Below the pieces are notes generated by a model. That model ran no database searches, was not told the origin of the DNA, and was given only the letters and a program-made list of their open reading frames with translations. This document shows, piece by piece, positions 1 to 11,618 of a stretch of 64,000 nucleotides of DNA. A program made the translations under genes and the position numbers. Location of the stretch: positions 517,463 through 581,462 of the forward strand of contig NW_003314371.1 of assembly GCF_000143415.4 (NCBI RefSeq), given 5' to 3'. Positions within the stretch are counted from its first letter, which is position 1. Every line of letters starts with the position of its first letter. Origin of the DNA: Selaginella moellendorffii. Its lineage: Eukaryota > Plantae > Lycopodiophyta.

Positions 1-1169
1 ACGTAAAATGCCGGTGCTTGGCAAGTGCTGCGGCTGATGTTGCTGTCCTTGCTCCATCTCCGCCAGCATCTCCTGTGCGCGCTCGTAAGACTTAAGGTGC
101 GAGTCGGCACCCCAACGAGCATCTGAGGATGCGGGCATCACGCTCTTGAGTAGCACTTTGGCCTCGTCCACGCGACCTTGCTTCATCAAGCAAATGCCCA
201 GGTTACACATCTTGTTGTTGTCCGGTTCCATGGACAGAGCTTTCCTGCCAATGATCCACAGCTTATGATCAATCGATTCAATGGGATTGCCTACCTGTAG
301 ACTGCCTCCGCTGCGATGAAATCGGATTGCTGCATGTACGCCCAGCCCAGATTCCCCTGCAAAGGACAAGATCGATCGATCGATCGATGAGAAAGAGCAA
401 GAGCAAGAGCAAGAGCAAGAGCAAGAAGTTTCTTTCGCTGACCAGCAAGCGTGTGGCCTCCTGCTCGATGGAAACTTGGAACTTCTTGCCTTGCGAGCGC
501 GCGGTCTTGGTCCGCTTGCCATTGAAGGCGAGGCCCGCGTAGATCAGCTGGAGCTTGTGCTTGAGGAGAGCGATCTGATCGTCCAGCCGGCCACACCTCT
601 GGGAGAGAGAGAATCGCCCAAGTCAGCGATTTCATCGATCCATGTCCGAGAGACTGGATTTGGGGGAAAAAGGGGGCTTACCTTGTAGAGATCGAGGAGG
701 ACATTGTCCAGCGACTCCTGGGCTTGATCCGAGCAGCGCCCGCGCAGCGATTTGATGGCCTCGATCGCCTCCTCGGGCCGGTTCTGCTGCTTCATCACGA
801 TCGCCATGTCCTTGAGCGCGCTGTCCACGCGGTCGCCCGCATTGATCGCCGCCCAGAAGAGCGCGATGGCCTTGTCCGGCTCCTTGTCCACCAGCTGCCA
901 AAAGGGGGTTCTCTCAGAGATGCGATGCGAGACAGTGCGCGACCGATCGATCGATCGATCGGATGGAATTGGTCCCTTTCTTTTACCTGGACGTGCTTGG
1001 CGCGGACGTAGGGCGAGTCCCCCAGCGGCACCTTGTGGATGACGTGAAAGGAATCGGCGCGCGAGGGAGGGCGCTTGCCGGCGGCGACGAGCGGCTTGAC
1101 CGGTGAGCAGGGCGCCGATTTGCTCATCCTGGGATGCGGGGGAAGATTGCTGGAGCTGCTGTTCCACAT
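1..1169 (-). CDS. TPR protein of the MS5/POLLENLESS3/TDM1/SDI1 family, 3' end outside the window
   Basis: Spliced exons 1169-987, 894-682, 598-443, 356-295 and 244-<1 with GT-AG borders. Motifs HKVPLGDSPYVRAKHVQ, FWAAINAGDRVDSALKDMA, LDNVLLDLYK, GNLGWAYMQQ, PDNNKMCNLGICLM. Confidence 0.9.
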
Positions 1170-1301
1170 TCTCCTTTCCTCCGCGATCGCTGGAGCGCGC
1201 TAGCAGCTAGAAAATCGAGAGGAGCGAGAGCGGGAGGAGAGCGCGCGAGAGAAAGAAGAAGAAGGAGAGAGATTTTCTAACAGCCACAATCCGTGCTCTG
1301 C

Positions 1302-1343
1302 TGCCCGTTGGAGCACTTTAGGGCAAGCGCTCTCCCAACGGTC
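1302..1343. promoter_or_regulatory. Two MSA-like (AACGG) elements upstream of the TPR gene
   Basis: CCCAACGGTC at 1334-1343 (+) and CCAACGGG at 1311-1304 (-) match the MYB3R-bound MSA core. Confidence 0.35.
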
Positions 1344-1521
1344 GAATCCTGGTGCGTACGGTATCGCGCGTACGGAGGGAGCGTACGGCGCGGTGGAGCA
1401 TATTTGGAGAATTAGATCCGCTTGTTCTCCTCGCAAGTTGGATGGCTTCGTTCCAGACAAGAAAGAATTTTTCCAGTTGAATCACTGTGATTTTTGTTTG
1501 TTTGTTTTTTTCTTTCATGAG

Positions 1522-2652
1522 CTACTTATTTGGTTCTTTGTTGCGAGAGAGCGAGTCGCGGATGAGAGTGTGCGTGAGCTCCTTGGGCAATCCCATGACG
1601 CTGTCAAGAGTTCCAATCTAGAAAAACCAAAGCAAAGGCACGCTTTTGGTTTGGTGCTTGGATTCTTCAAACCGGAAATTCGTTTTACCATGGACTGGAC
1701 AAATGGAGAGACGAGGGGATGCTCCACCAGGAGGCCGCCGGCGGCATACAGGACCGACCCTTCCTTGATCTGAAACAACAAACGAGTAAAGTTTTGGAAT
1801 CCTTGCCAAGCTCTCGGGAAGGCAAAGCAAAAGACAAATAGCTATTTACCAGATCGTCGATTACTTGCTCGGGAATAGGATGGAAGTAAATCTGCGAAGA
1901 AGAAACCAAGCTCGAGAAAGACCAAAAAAAAAAAGAAGCTTTGGTTTTCTTGCCTCGGCTTTGTCGATGCTACCATTGCTGACTCCAGTGGTCACATTTG
2001 TCACAAGCACGGCACTCACTGTGATGGCTGGGTCTCGCGCGTAGCCTGCCAAAACAAAGCATGGAAGAATCACAAAGTGCAAACGAAGAACCACGTAAGA
2101 ATGAATCTCAAGCTTACCAGCGATGAAGGTGCGAGCTTCGTCGCCATTCAATGGCTTCTCGCGCACAACACCTCCGTTCACCACGACCGGTATTTTCAAG
2201 AACGAGGGAGATTAGACAACGTTGTACGAGCGACAGGAATAAGAACTCACCTGGTCCGCGGTGATGAGAAGAACTTCTTCGTCCGAAGTTTCGAGGCTTG
2301 TGATCCGTGGCAAGATAGCTTGAGCCTGCGAAAACCGCTGATGGTTGATGCGCGTGAACTTAAAGACGTCTCACCTTGGCGTGAGCAAGCGCCATGACCA
2401 GCTCTTCCGGAGTTTCTCTTCGAATGGCACGCTCATCGATGTCCGCCGACTGGAAAAAGAAGAGTATGAGAAGGAAAAAGAAGAGAGAGAGGCTACCATC
2501 ACAGTGAAGTTGTAACCCATCTCTCGAAGAACCGCTTGCCGCGTTTGTGAGGAAGAACCCAGTATGATCTACCAAAGGAAAATGGCGGTGGAACGCTTGT
2601 ATATCGATCGAACACCGCATACCTTGACACTCCCGAGCTCTTCCAAGCCCAT
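1522..2652 (-). CDS. Maf-like nucleoside triphosphate pyrophosphatase (multi-exon)
   Basis: Manual splice gives MGLEELGSVK-IILGSSSQTRQAVLREMGYNFTVM-SADIDERAIR...LLITADQ...VREKP...AGGLLVEHP...DSVMGLPK...NK*, typical Maf motifs. Confidence 0.88.
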
Positions 2653-2689
2653 TCTTACACAAGTTTAGGGCACCCAGAGGCGCTGAGCC

Positions 2690-3748
2690 ATGGCTGAGGA
2701 CGTTCGCTCCTACCTCGAGCCTTCATACTGGTAAGCCGTTAGCAACTTTGGTGGATCATCATCCCTTGCAGGGACGAGAGGTTTTCCAGGGAGAGCCACT
2801 ACGAGTGGTTCAAGGACTACTCCCAGTTCCAGCATTTGATCCACGCTCATTGCAGTGGCAAAAACGCAAAGGTACGTGTTTGGCTAAGCAAGGCGCTGGT
2901 TTCCTCACGTAGAGGAGGAGTTCACACTAGATTTTGGAACTTGGATGTGGCAACTCGCGCATGAGCGAAGATATGTACCGAGACGGCTTCACGGACATCA
3001 CAGCGACTGATCTCTCGCCTGTGGCTGTGGAGAGCAAGCGACGGAGATGCTCCGACTTGAACTATGGTATTCTTCTCGGCATTTCTTCTTTTCAGCTTTG
3101 TCATTCTTGTCTCTCCAGGCATCAAAGTTCTTGTAGCTGATATCATGGACATGCCATTCAAGGACGCGAGCTTCGACGTTGTGATCGAGAAGGGAGTGAT
3201 GGTATGATACAGAGATAGTGTTTGGCTTTTATATCGGATCAAAATCAAAGGAACAAACAGGATGTTCTCTTCGTGGACAGCGGGAGTCCCTGGGATCCAG
3301 AGCCCCAAACAAGAGCCCGAGTTGACGCGACGCTCAAAGAGGTACACCGAGTTCTTGGAGCGAATGGTGTTTTCATCTCAATAGCATTTGGCCAGGCAAG
3401 AAAGACTTTGATCTTAGAGCTTCTACTCTCTTTTTAACTCTTTGCCTTGACAGCCTCACTTTCGACGCCCCTTTTTCGAGGCCAGTGGCTTCGAGTGGTC
3501 CATGGAGTACTCAACCTTTGGAGACTCGTTCCACTATTATTTTTATACGCTAAGAAAGGTTGTCTCTTTCCTCCCCGATCAATCTTTAAAACGCTCTAAC
3601 ATCGTTTCACCAGGGAATGGCCAGAAAGGTTTTGCCTCGAGACTCGATGGAAATCACAAGCATTGACATGGTGCAGGAGCAAATGGATGACGAAGATTAT
3701 ATCATGAGAACCATGATGGTCGATGACGACAAAACCACGTCCAGTTGA
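2690..3748 (+). CDS. SAM-dependent methyltransferase, EEF1AKMT4/ECE2-like
   Basis: Spliced: YW-DERF..HYEWF, ILELGCGNS, DIMDMPFKDASFDVVIEKG, EVHRVL..GVFISIAFGQ-PHFRRP; stop TGA at 3746-3748. Confidence 0.88.
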
Positions 3749-3759
3749 TCGATCATTCC

Positions 3760-4180
3760 AAATGTCCTCGAGGTCCGAAACACTCTCGCAGCCTATATCC
3801 CCATCGTGTAACTGGCATGCAGTGAAGGCCGTCCAGGCAACATTGTCGCATGGCGGGCCAAATCCTTGGCGAGCACCCACTCGCACCACACACCCCGCCG
3901 ACCAGCACGCTGCTCTAGTGTGGCAGCACGCCAAAGTCGATGCAGCGCCATCCGGGGTCCAAATCGCCGCAGTGCTTGCAAGCGAGAAGAGCGCTCAAGA
4001 ACGATGTCTCATAGGGCCAAACCGACGTAGCAGCACGCTTGCAATCCCCACAGCTCGAGCACCACGCTATCATGGGGCACTGTGTCCAAGACTATCAAGC
4101 AACCGGAACGTCCGATCCTGGCAGTTCAGACGTTTCTTTCTGGCATTCTCACAAAGGTGGCCTCCGCTTCCAGAAGATAG
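3760..4180 (-). pseudogene. PPR pseudogene, deleted copy of the 3' part of the 9777-11480 gene
   Basis: Near-identical blocks shared with 9770-10295 (e.g. AWTAFTACQLHDGDI), broken by many deletions. Confidence 0.8.
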
Positions 4181-4199
4181 ATATATGCACAGGCGGTCC

Positions 4200-4630
4200 G
4201 TCTGGAGTCCGAGGTAGTGGACAAAACGCCCGTGGTCGTGAAGATGCTGGCTGGAGCTGGATTCGTGGGCGATGCCAGGAACGTTTTTGAGAGCTGCAAG
4301 AGTTCGCGTAAGGATCCGGTGTCGTGATCAAGGCGTATGCACAGCATGGAAACATGGCGGAAGTTATCGATATTTTCCGGGGACCGTCACCTTAGTGAGT
4401 GCATTCTCATCGCTTGCAGCCGGGCCGGTTTGCTGGAGGAATCCATCTACCAGTTTGGATCTATGAGCTCGGATCACTGGCTCGCTGGGTGTAAGATCCA
4501 CAGAACGAGCGAGGAAACTCTGAGAAGGATGGAGTCCCGGTCGGGCGGGCTGTGGAGACGAGGAAGAGGGTGCTCTCGTCTAACCGGGGCGGGAAGAGTG
4601 TCGTGCTCGTGGGATTGTTCGATCCGAGGC
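4200..4630 (+). pseudogene. PPR pseudogene fragment
   Basis: Remnants DARNVFE, IKAYAQHGN and CILIACSRAGLLEE, with frameshifts. Confidence 0.6.
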
Positions 4631-5075
4631 GAGCAAGCAGCAGATTGATCAGGATTCGCTCGTCATTCTCACCAGATGCCCGAAGATGAAGATCCAGCAT
4701 CCGGTGGAAGACAAGAGTTGCTCCCCCGGAAGAGGTGTGACTATTTTCTCCGCCTGTGATCTCTTGTCCATGTGGATTGGATTGGCCAAAAAGAACACAA
4801 AGTTCCTCTTTGGGTTCCTTTAGATTTGGAAGAAGAAATATTTGTCCACTACTGACGTACACTATCATCCGGAACAACAAGCCTGGTGGATTTAGCTCAA
4901 GGACGACGAGCTGCTGAACACTAGCACCAAGAGCATCCCAAGAGAAGCTGTGGCGGAAGTGTGCGTCCAGGTACTCACAGCTGAGAAAGTCTAGCACTAC
5001 TTTCGCTGAAGACCAAGTATCAAAGAGTGATGAAGCTAGAATCGAATGATCTACGATGGTTGCTGGCTCTAAACA

Positions 5076-5735
5076 TTGGCCACGATCGAGCAAGCTCCAA
5101 CCACGCTACTTCCATCACTACTTAGCAGCGAATCACCCGGCAAAGTCATCCAAGTCACAGGAGGCATCGCCCTAAAAACAAGAGAGGGGCTGGGGGTAGA
5201 TCTGAGCATCTTTGGGGATGTCAAAGTTCTGCGAACGAGTACCTACGTGGTCCGTTGTGGAGATGGATCATGTGGCACTGTTGTTGATCCACAGAATACT
5301 TTCATGGTGACCATAGTGGGTGGGTTGTGGGGAAAGAGGTGAAAGTTTACCAGCAGGGGAACGAAGTAAAGATCATGTCCTAATCAGATTTGGTACTTCT
5401 CAAGTCTAATGGCCAAAGCATGCTTGCTCCAGTGGTTAACATTGAGGACCCAATCAGCCTATGTGGCATGAAATATATGTTAATTGGGTTATCAGGGCGA
5501 AATGCTAGTCTCCTTCCACGGGAAGGCATTCTCCAAGGCCACGCTCGCATGGATTCATTTATGATAGGTAAGCTCACTTTGCTTTCATTCTTTCTAATGT
5601 TATAGAACAAATGTAGGTTCGAGTGGGTCAAGCAAAGGTGACTCTGGTGGTGGTGTATTCGACATCAACAACCCCAGGATTTTATTGAATATTGGACACA
5701 GTCCCAGCATCACAGATGCGGTTCAAGATCGATAG
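5076..5735 (+). pseudogene. Degenerate trypsin-like serine peptidase-domain sequence
   Basis: SSKGDSGGGVFD (GDSGG starts at 5637) resembles the catalytic-Ser motif. The upstream frame is broken by stops. Confidence 0.35.
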
Positions 5736-6013
5736 CGGCATGGATAGTACCAGGTCAAGCAATCAAGGCACCATGATCACGCTCTTCTGTCTATTTATGT
5801 TCTATCTACGTTTGCTTTTTATTCATAGTTATTCAGATTTTCTAGTGTGCTATGTTTACTTTTCAGCGTTGTAATTGATTAAGTGTGCTGTCCTTCGTTT
5901 ATTCACTTGGCTCGACCGGATGTGCCGGAGCCGCTCCAGCCGTTTCAAGTTAAACTTGCCTTGAATTTAGAGTTGCACGCTAGATTTGTTACGATTACCT
6001 GAAAGATGTCATA

Positions 6014-6850
6014 GGGGAATCTGGGCTGGGCGTACACGGAGCATCGCTCGCTCGATGAATCGATTGATCATAAGCTGTGCATCATCAAACCGGACAACAA
6101 CGAGATGTGTAACCTGGGCATCTGCTTGATCAAGCAATGTTGCGTGGACGAGGACAAAGTGCTACTCAAGAGCATAACGAAGGTATCCTCAGATAATCTC
6201 AGGGGCGTAGAATTGCATTTTAAGACTTACGAAATAGCACAGGAGATGGAGAAAGGACAGCAACATCAGGCGTAACACTTGCCAAGCATTGGCATTTTGC
6301 GTCTTTGTGCCCACGCTCCCCAGCTCGAGCAAGAGATTGAAATCCCCTCCAGCAGCAAACCCAGCCGGAAAGCCAGCAGATGCCCACGTACGATTCCTGG
6401 GACTACGAAGAGGAGGAGGAGTATAATCTTGATCTTGCGGTAGAGGCGCTCAAGAAGAAGCTGGAGCTGCTGTGCGTCAATGCAAACTCCAATGCCAAAC
6501 AACAGCCTAAACTTCTCCGCCATCGCCAAAAGTTATTTCTTATTCATTCTCCTGATGGTCGATCGACCCATGATGGCTCTCGTTTTGGTTGCAGCAGCTC
6601 CTCGTGGCAATACTTCTCTACGACCACCACCCGGAATCTCCAAGTCGGCGGCTTCCTCTCCCGTAAAGCAGCAGCTGCTTAGCGGAGGAGCTAGGGATGA
6701 TCGCAAGGCCACCGCCCTCGAGTTCTTTCACCTCTTCGTCATTCCAGGAGCAATTGCAGCAGCTGCAGGAGCAGAACCGGCTACTTTGCGTGTTCCAGGA
6801 CATCACCGCCACCACCAGCCCTCTTGCTCGTTAATGGGTTTATCGCTCCC
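6014..6850 (+). pseudogene. Inverted partial copy of the MS5/SDI1-like TPR gene (3' half)
   Basis: Matches the reverse complement of ~1-356 (GNLGWAY, PDNNEMCNLGICLIKQ, intron remnant tcgattgatcataagctgtg), with deletions and stops. Confidence 0.8.
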
Positions 6851-7147
6851 ATCAGCGATGCGACACCTCAGTCGCTCAGATCTGTGTCTTTAAAATTTGT
6901 AGCGATTCCTTCTTAAGCAAACGGAAATTGCCACAAATGCTCCACAATATCCTCGGCGTACATGAAGCCAGAACTTAAGATTGATTAAGAAAACTCTTGC
7001 CGTTCACATGTATGCAGAACATGCAGGATGGATCTCTTTCGTCCTTGGCTACGTAGAGCCTATTTTGCACAGTTGAAGCTCTTCCATGTTAATCTCGAAG
7101 TCCAAAATTTAGTTCAGTAACTATTCGCTTATCAAACGACCACCTTT

Positions 7148-8110
7148 CTATGCCATGGTAGGCCGATACTGTGCCACCGCCTGGAGTCGCCCTGGGTATT
7201 TTACTCGGTACCAGTCCTTCTTGTAGGCCTCCATGAAAAACACCGTGGCGTTGTCGATGGGGAGCCCATAGACACTACCATCCTCGTCTGTCCTGACAAC
7301 AATCCCACTCACCCTGAGCTCCTTGGCCGAGTCCCATCTCACGATAATATCGCCCGTTTGGACACCAGGTACGATGCCAGCCGGTTCATTTGATAGGTAG
7401 AGCTTCTTGATGATCGCAGGGAGCTCAACTCCCCCAGCCCCATCCTGCGCCCGCCGCACAAAAACTGCCTCTTCGTTTTGAGGCCCACCCGGCATGAGGG
7501 GCACCCCAGGCAGTTTCAGCTGAATCAGAAAAACAGCCAATCAGGGTGAATCAGGATTTTGAAGCAGCAGCTTACAGGTTCCAAGAGCTCAACAGCAGCC
7601 ACCCAGGGGTGCACCAGGGAAACAACTTCGCCTTTCACAGTCTGCCCATTGATCGTCACAGTAACTTCTTCGCCTTCCTTCCACACAATCGTGTCTTTGT
7701 AGCCCACAACGATGCACGTCGGTTGTGGGCTCAGTGCTAAGGTCGTATCAGGGAGTCCAATGAAGAGTGCAGTACCTTTATTGTCACAGGTGCCCACAAA
7801 CCGCAGCAGATCCAATGCGCCAGGAGGCGGGTTCACAGCCGTCGTCACAGAGAAAGAACCAGATACTATGGAGGTCGTCATGGAGGAAGAACCAGATACC
7901 ATGGAGGTCGTCATGGAGGAAGAACCAGAAACCATAATCTTCATATGCGCCTCTATTTGCTGTGAAAGCTAATGAGGTTGTCATTCCCAATCGAAGCTAT
8001 TTACTTACCTCAAGTTTCCTCTGCATCTCATCCAGCCTCGCATCCAGATTCTTCCGCTGCATCTCATCCAGCTTCTTCCGCTGCATCTCATCCAGATTCT
8101 TCCGCTGCAT
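7148..8110 (-). CDS. Hypothetical 3-exon protein (~285 aa): coiled-coil repeats, S/T-rich repeats, beta-rich C-terminal domain
   Basis: Exons 8110-8009, 7959-7576 and 7519-7148 join in phase 0 through GTAAG...CAG introns into one open frame. The true start may lie further upstream. Confidence 0.6.
7845..7935. repeat. 33-bp coding tandem repeat (MVSGSSSMTTS)
   Basis: Unit atggaggtcgtcatggaggaagaaccagatacc, about 2.5 copies. Confidence 0.85.
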
Positions 8111-8112
8111 CT
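8018..8112. repeat. 24-bp coding tandem repeat (LDEMQRKN/K on the minus strand)
   Basis: Unit cttccgctgcatctcatccagatt, about 4 imperfect copies. Confidence 0.85.
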
Positions 8113-8192
8113 GAAAGCAGCAGCAACCTGAAGGACAAGGCACGAGTTATAGGAACGCAAGGGCTCAGTTCCTGCAAGCTTCATACCGACAA

Positions 8193-8750
8193 AACTTTAG
8201 GGCACCCCACCTAGAAATAGCAACTTGCGCTCATTGAGATTTTGGAACTTGCGCGCATGAGTACCAAGACGGCTTCACGGACATACATTGACTGATCTCT
8301 CGCCTGTGGGCAAGCGACGGAGATGCTCCGACTTGAATATGGTATTCTTCTCGGCATCAAAGTTCTTGTAGCTGATATCATGGACATGTCATTCAAGGAC
8401 GCGAGCTTCGAGGTCGTGATCGGGTATGATACAGAGACTTTTAAATCCGATCAAAATCAAAGGAAGGATGGGTTTCAAACAGGATGTTCTCTTCGTGGAC
8501 AGCGGGAGTCCCACCCCAAGAGTTGGCGCGACACTCAAAGAGGTACACCGAGTTTGGTCAGGCAAGAAAGACTTTGCGTTCCACTATTATTTTTATACGA
8601 TGAGAAAGGTTGTCCCTTTTCTCAAACTTTAGAACGCAACGTTTCACCAGAGAAAGATTTCGAGACTCTCTGGAAAGCACAAGCATTGACATGGTGCAGG
8701 AGCAAAGAGATTACTTCATGACAACCATGATGATCGACGACAAGAAAACC
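8193..8750 (+). pseudogene. Methyltransferase pseudogene, copy 2
   Basis: Collinear with 2660-3735 but with many deletions and frameshifts. Confidence 0.85.
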
Positions 8751-8945
8751 ATTGAAAGAAGCTACTGGAGGCTTCACAGTAGGAAGAGGATTCACAGGAG
8801 GAGGGTTCGTAGCCGTCGTCACAGAGCCTGTCATTCCCAATTCAAGCTATTTACTTACCTCAAGTTTCCTCAGCATGTCATCCAGCTTCTGCTCAATCTT
8901 GCTCGCAAACAGCTCTGCACTCGTCTTGCTCGTAATTCACGCTAA
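8750..8945 (-). pseudogene. Fragment paralogous to the 7148-8110 gene
   Basis: Shares KLD(D/E)M.RKLE, the donor gtaagtaaatagc and SVTTA.NPPP. Confidence 0.6.
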
Positions 8946-8949
8946 CAGC

Positions 8950-9750
8950 CTCAGGGCACCCAGAGCCGGTGAGCGATCGTAGCAACCTTGACGGATCATC
9001 TTCCTCACAGGGTTTCCAGACTCCAGCGTTTGATTCATGCTCACGGTACGAGTTCATTCACAGCGAGCGGATTATCTGGAAGGGAACTTGGATGTGGCAA
9101 CTCGCGCACGATATGTACCAAGATGGCTTCACAGACATCACAGCGACTGATCTCTCGCCTGGAGCGGAAGCGACGGAATGCTCCGACTTGTGGCATTCCT
9201 GGCATCACATGCCACTCAAGGACGCGAGCTTCGACATTGTGATCGAGAAGGTAGGATACAAAGATAGTGTTTGGCTTTTAGATCGGATCAAAACTAAAGG
9301 AAGGATGGGTTTTAAAGAGGATGTTCAGCGGGAGTCCCTGAGATCCCGAGATGACGCGACGCTCAATGGGGTACACGGAGTTCTTGAAGCAATGATCTTT
9401 TCATCTCTATCGCATTTGGCAAGATCGAAAACTTGGATCTTAGAGCTGCTCTCTTCTGACTCTTTGCCTTAAGCCTCACCTATTTCGAGGCCAGTGGCTT
9501 CGAATGGTCCATGGAGTACTCAACCTTTGGAGACTCGTTCCACTATTATTTTTATAAGCTAAGAAATGTTGTCTCTTTCCTCCCCGATCAAACTTTAAAA
9601 CGCTCTAACATCAGGGAATGGCCAGAAAGGTTTTGCTTCGAGAGTCGACGGAAATCACAAGCAATGAGATGGTGCAGGAGCAAATGCATGACGAAGATTA
9701 TCTCATGAGAACCATGATGATCAACGACGACAGAACCACGTCCAGGTGAT
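8950..9750 (+). pseudogene. Methyltransferase pseudogene, copy 3
   Basis: Collinear with 2665-3770, introns retained, frameshifted. Confidence 0.85.
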
Positions 9751-9776
9751 CGATCATTCCAAATGTCCTCAAAGTT

Positions 9777-11480
9777 TCAGAGTTTCTCTTGGGCTATATC
9801 CCCATCATGTAACTGGCATGCAGCCAGGAAGGCCGTCCAAGCAACATGGTCGCACGGCAAGCTCTGGGCCACATCCTTGGCGAGCTCCATCTCCCCGGAC
9901 TTTGCGAGTAGCTCCAGCACGCAGCTGTAGTGTGGATTGCCTGGCAGCACTCCAAAGTCGAGGCTGGCGGAGACGAAGCAGCGCCATCCGGCATCCAAAT
10001 CGCCGCAGTGTTTGAAAGCAAGAAGAGCGCTCAAGAACGATGTCTCATCGGGGACTTCTCCAGCCAAGACCATCTCGTGCCAAACCGACGTAGCAGCACC
10101 CTTACAATCCCCACAGCTCGAGCACCACGCTATCATGGTGTTCCACGATACCAAGTTTCGGATGGGCATTCTGTCGAAGACTAGAACCAAGCGGTCGAGG
10201 TGACCGGCGCGTCCAAAAGCAGCGATACTGGCAGTCCAGGCCGTGACGTTTCTTGCAGGCATTCTCGCAAAGGTGGCCTCCGCCTCCATAAGATGCCCAT
10301 TGTAGATATAACCCGCTAAGAGGGCGTTCCAAGAGACCACGTCGGGAGCCTCTGTGGTATCAAACAATACCTTTGCTTGCTCGACATGCCTGGCTCGGGC
10401 ATATGCTGTCAGCATTGAGTTTACGGTGACTGTAGTCCGTTCCGGCATAGTTTCAAACACACGGCTTGCCTCCTCAACTTTACCAGATTGGGAGTATACT
10501 TGCAAGAGCAAAGTCCATGACACCACGTTAGTTTCTGGCATTTTCGTAAACAACATTTCTGTTGCTTTACAAAACCCATTTTCGGCAAATGCTCTAAGGA
10601 GTATGTTATATGACACTAAGTTTCTTACTGGCATTGTGCTAAACACGTTCATGCAAGAATCCAAATCACCACTAACTAAGTAACCACTTATCATGATGTT
10701 CCAGGACACTATATTTCTTTCGGCCATGCTCTTGAACAACGCTTCTGACTTACGCATATCGAGGCTTTCGCCATATGTGGCAAGCAAGGAGTTACAAACC
10801 ATGAGGTTTTGTACAGGCATATCCAAGGAAATCGCTAACACCATATCCACATCACGTACTTCAGACAGCGCTTGCATCAGTGTCGCGCAAGAAACCACGT
10901 CCCTCTCGGGCATTCTCGAAAAGATTATCTTTGTTTGTTCAAGCTGCCCACTCAAGGCATATGCTGAAAGGAGAGCGTTCCAAGACACTAGATCGTGCTC
11001 AGCCATTTCGTCAAAGACATGCTTGGCTTGCTCCAGCTGACCATTATTTGCAAAACCCGTGATTTTTGTGTTCCATGAAAGAATGCTAAACTCCGGCATG
11101 CGCTGCGCTAACGCTTCCATTTCCGACAGGTACCCGGAATTGGCATTTGCAAGCAGTATCACATTCCAAGCCACCACATTTGTCAGCGGCATCGCACCGA
11201 ACAAGAGCATCGCCTCGTGAACGCAGCCACTGTGGGCATACGCAGCGAGGATGGCAGTCCATGAGAAAAGGTTTGGAACGCGAATGGAATCGAAGACCGC
11301 CCGAGCGTCGATGATGCTTCCACATCGATCGTAGGTTCCTATGAGCAAGTTCGCCAGGAACTTCTCGTGCCGCAGTGCTGGGTTCTGGGAAATGCAACTG
11401 TGGATGCGTCTGGCATCCACCAAGTCACTGCATTTGTGGAGAAGGCTGGCCAGCTCGGGTCGGGATGTATTTGCCACCAT
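9777..11480 (-). CDS. PLS-class pentatricopeptide repeat protein (intronless, partial E domain, no DYW)
   Basis: 567-aa ORF with repeated F..MP.R..VSWN..L.AYA..G motifs and a C-terminal HYSCVLELL...WTAFLAACQLH. Confidence 0.9.
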   Translation of the reverse strand: MVANTSRPELASLLHKCSDLVDARRIHSCISQNPALRHEKFLANLLIGTYDRCGSIIDARAVFDSIRVPNLFSWTAILAAYAHSGCVHEAMLLFGAMPLTNVVAWNVILLANANSGYLSEMEALAQRMPEFSILSWNTKITGFANNGQLEQAKHVFDEMAEHDLVSWNALLSAYALSGQLEQTKIIFSRMPERDVVSCATLMQALSEVRDVDMVLAISLDMPVQNLMVCNSLLATYGESLDMRKSEALFKSMAERNIVSWNIMISGYLVSGDLDSCMNVFSTMPVRNLVSYNILLRAFAENGFCKATEMLFTKMPETNVVSWTLLLQVYSQSGKVEEASRVFETMPERTTVTVNSMLTAYARARHVEQAKVLFDTTEAPDVVSWNALLAGYIYNGHLMEAEATFARMPARNVTAWTASIAAFGRAGHLDRLVLVFDRMPIRNLVSWNTMIAWCSSCGDCKGAATSVWHEMVLAGEVPDETSFLSALLAFKHCGDLDAGWRCFVSASLDFGVLPGNPHYSCVLELLAKSGEMELAKDVAQSLPCDHVAWTAFLAACQLHDGDIAQEKL

Positions 11481-11618
11481 CTTTTCATGTTGCTTGGCTT
11501 GTGACTGATCATATCATGTTTATTTATATGCTTTTGGCATCCGTGGCAGTGGGACTCTTGCCAGATGTCGCTACACAGATACGTACTTACATGGTTAAAG
11601 ATGATTGAAACTTTGTCA

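Noticed and set aside
394-427. (AGCAAG)n and (GATC)n runs producing SKSKSK/LALALA ORFs
   Set aside because: Intronic microsatellites of the TPR gene.
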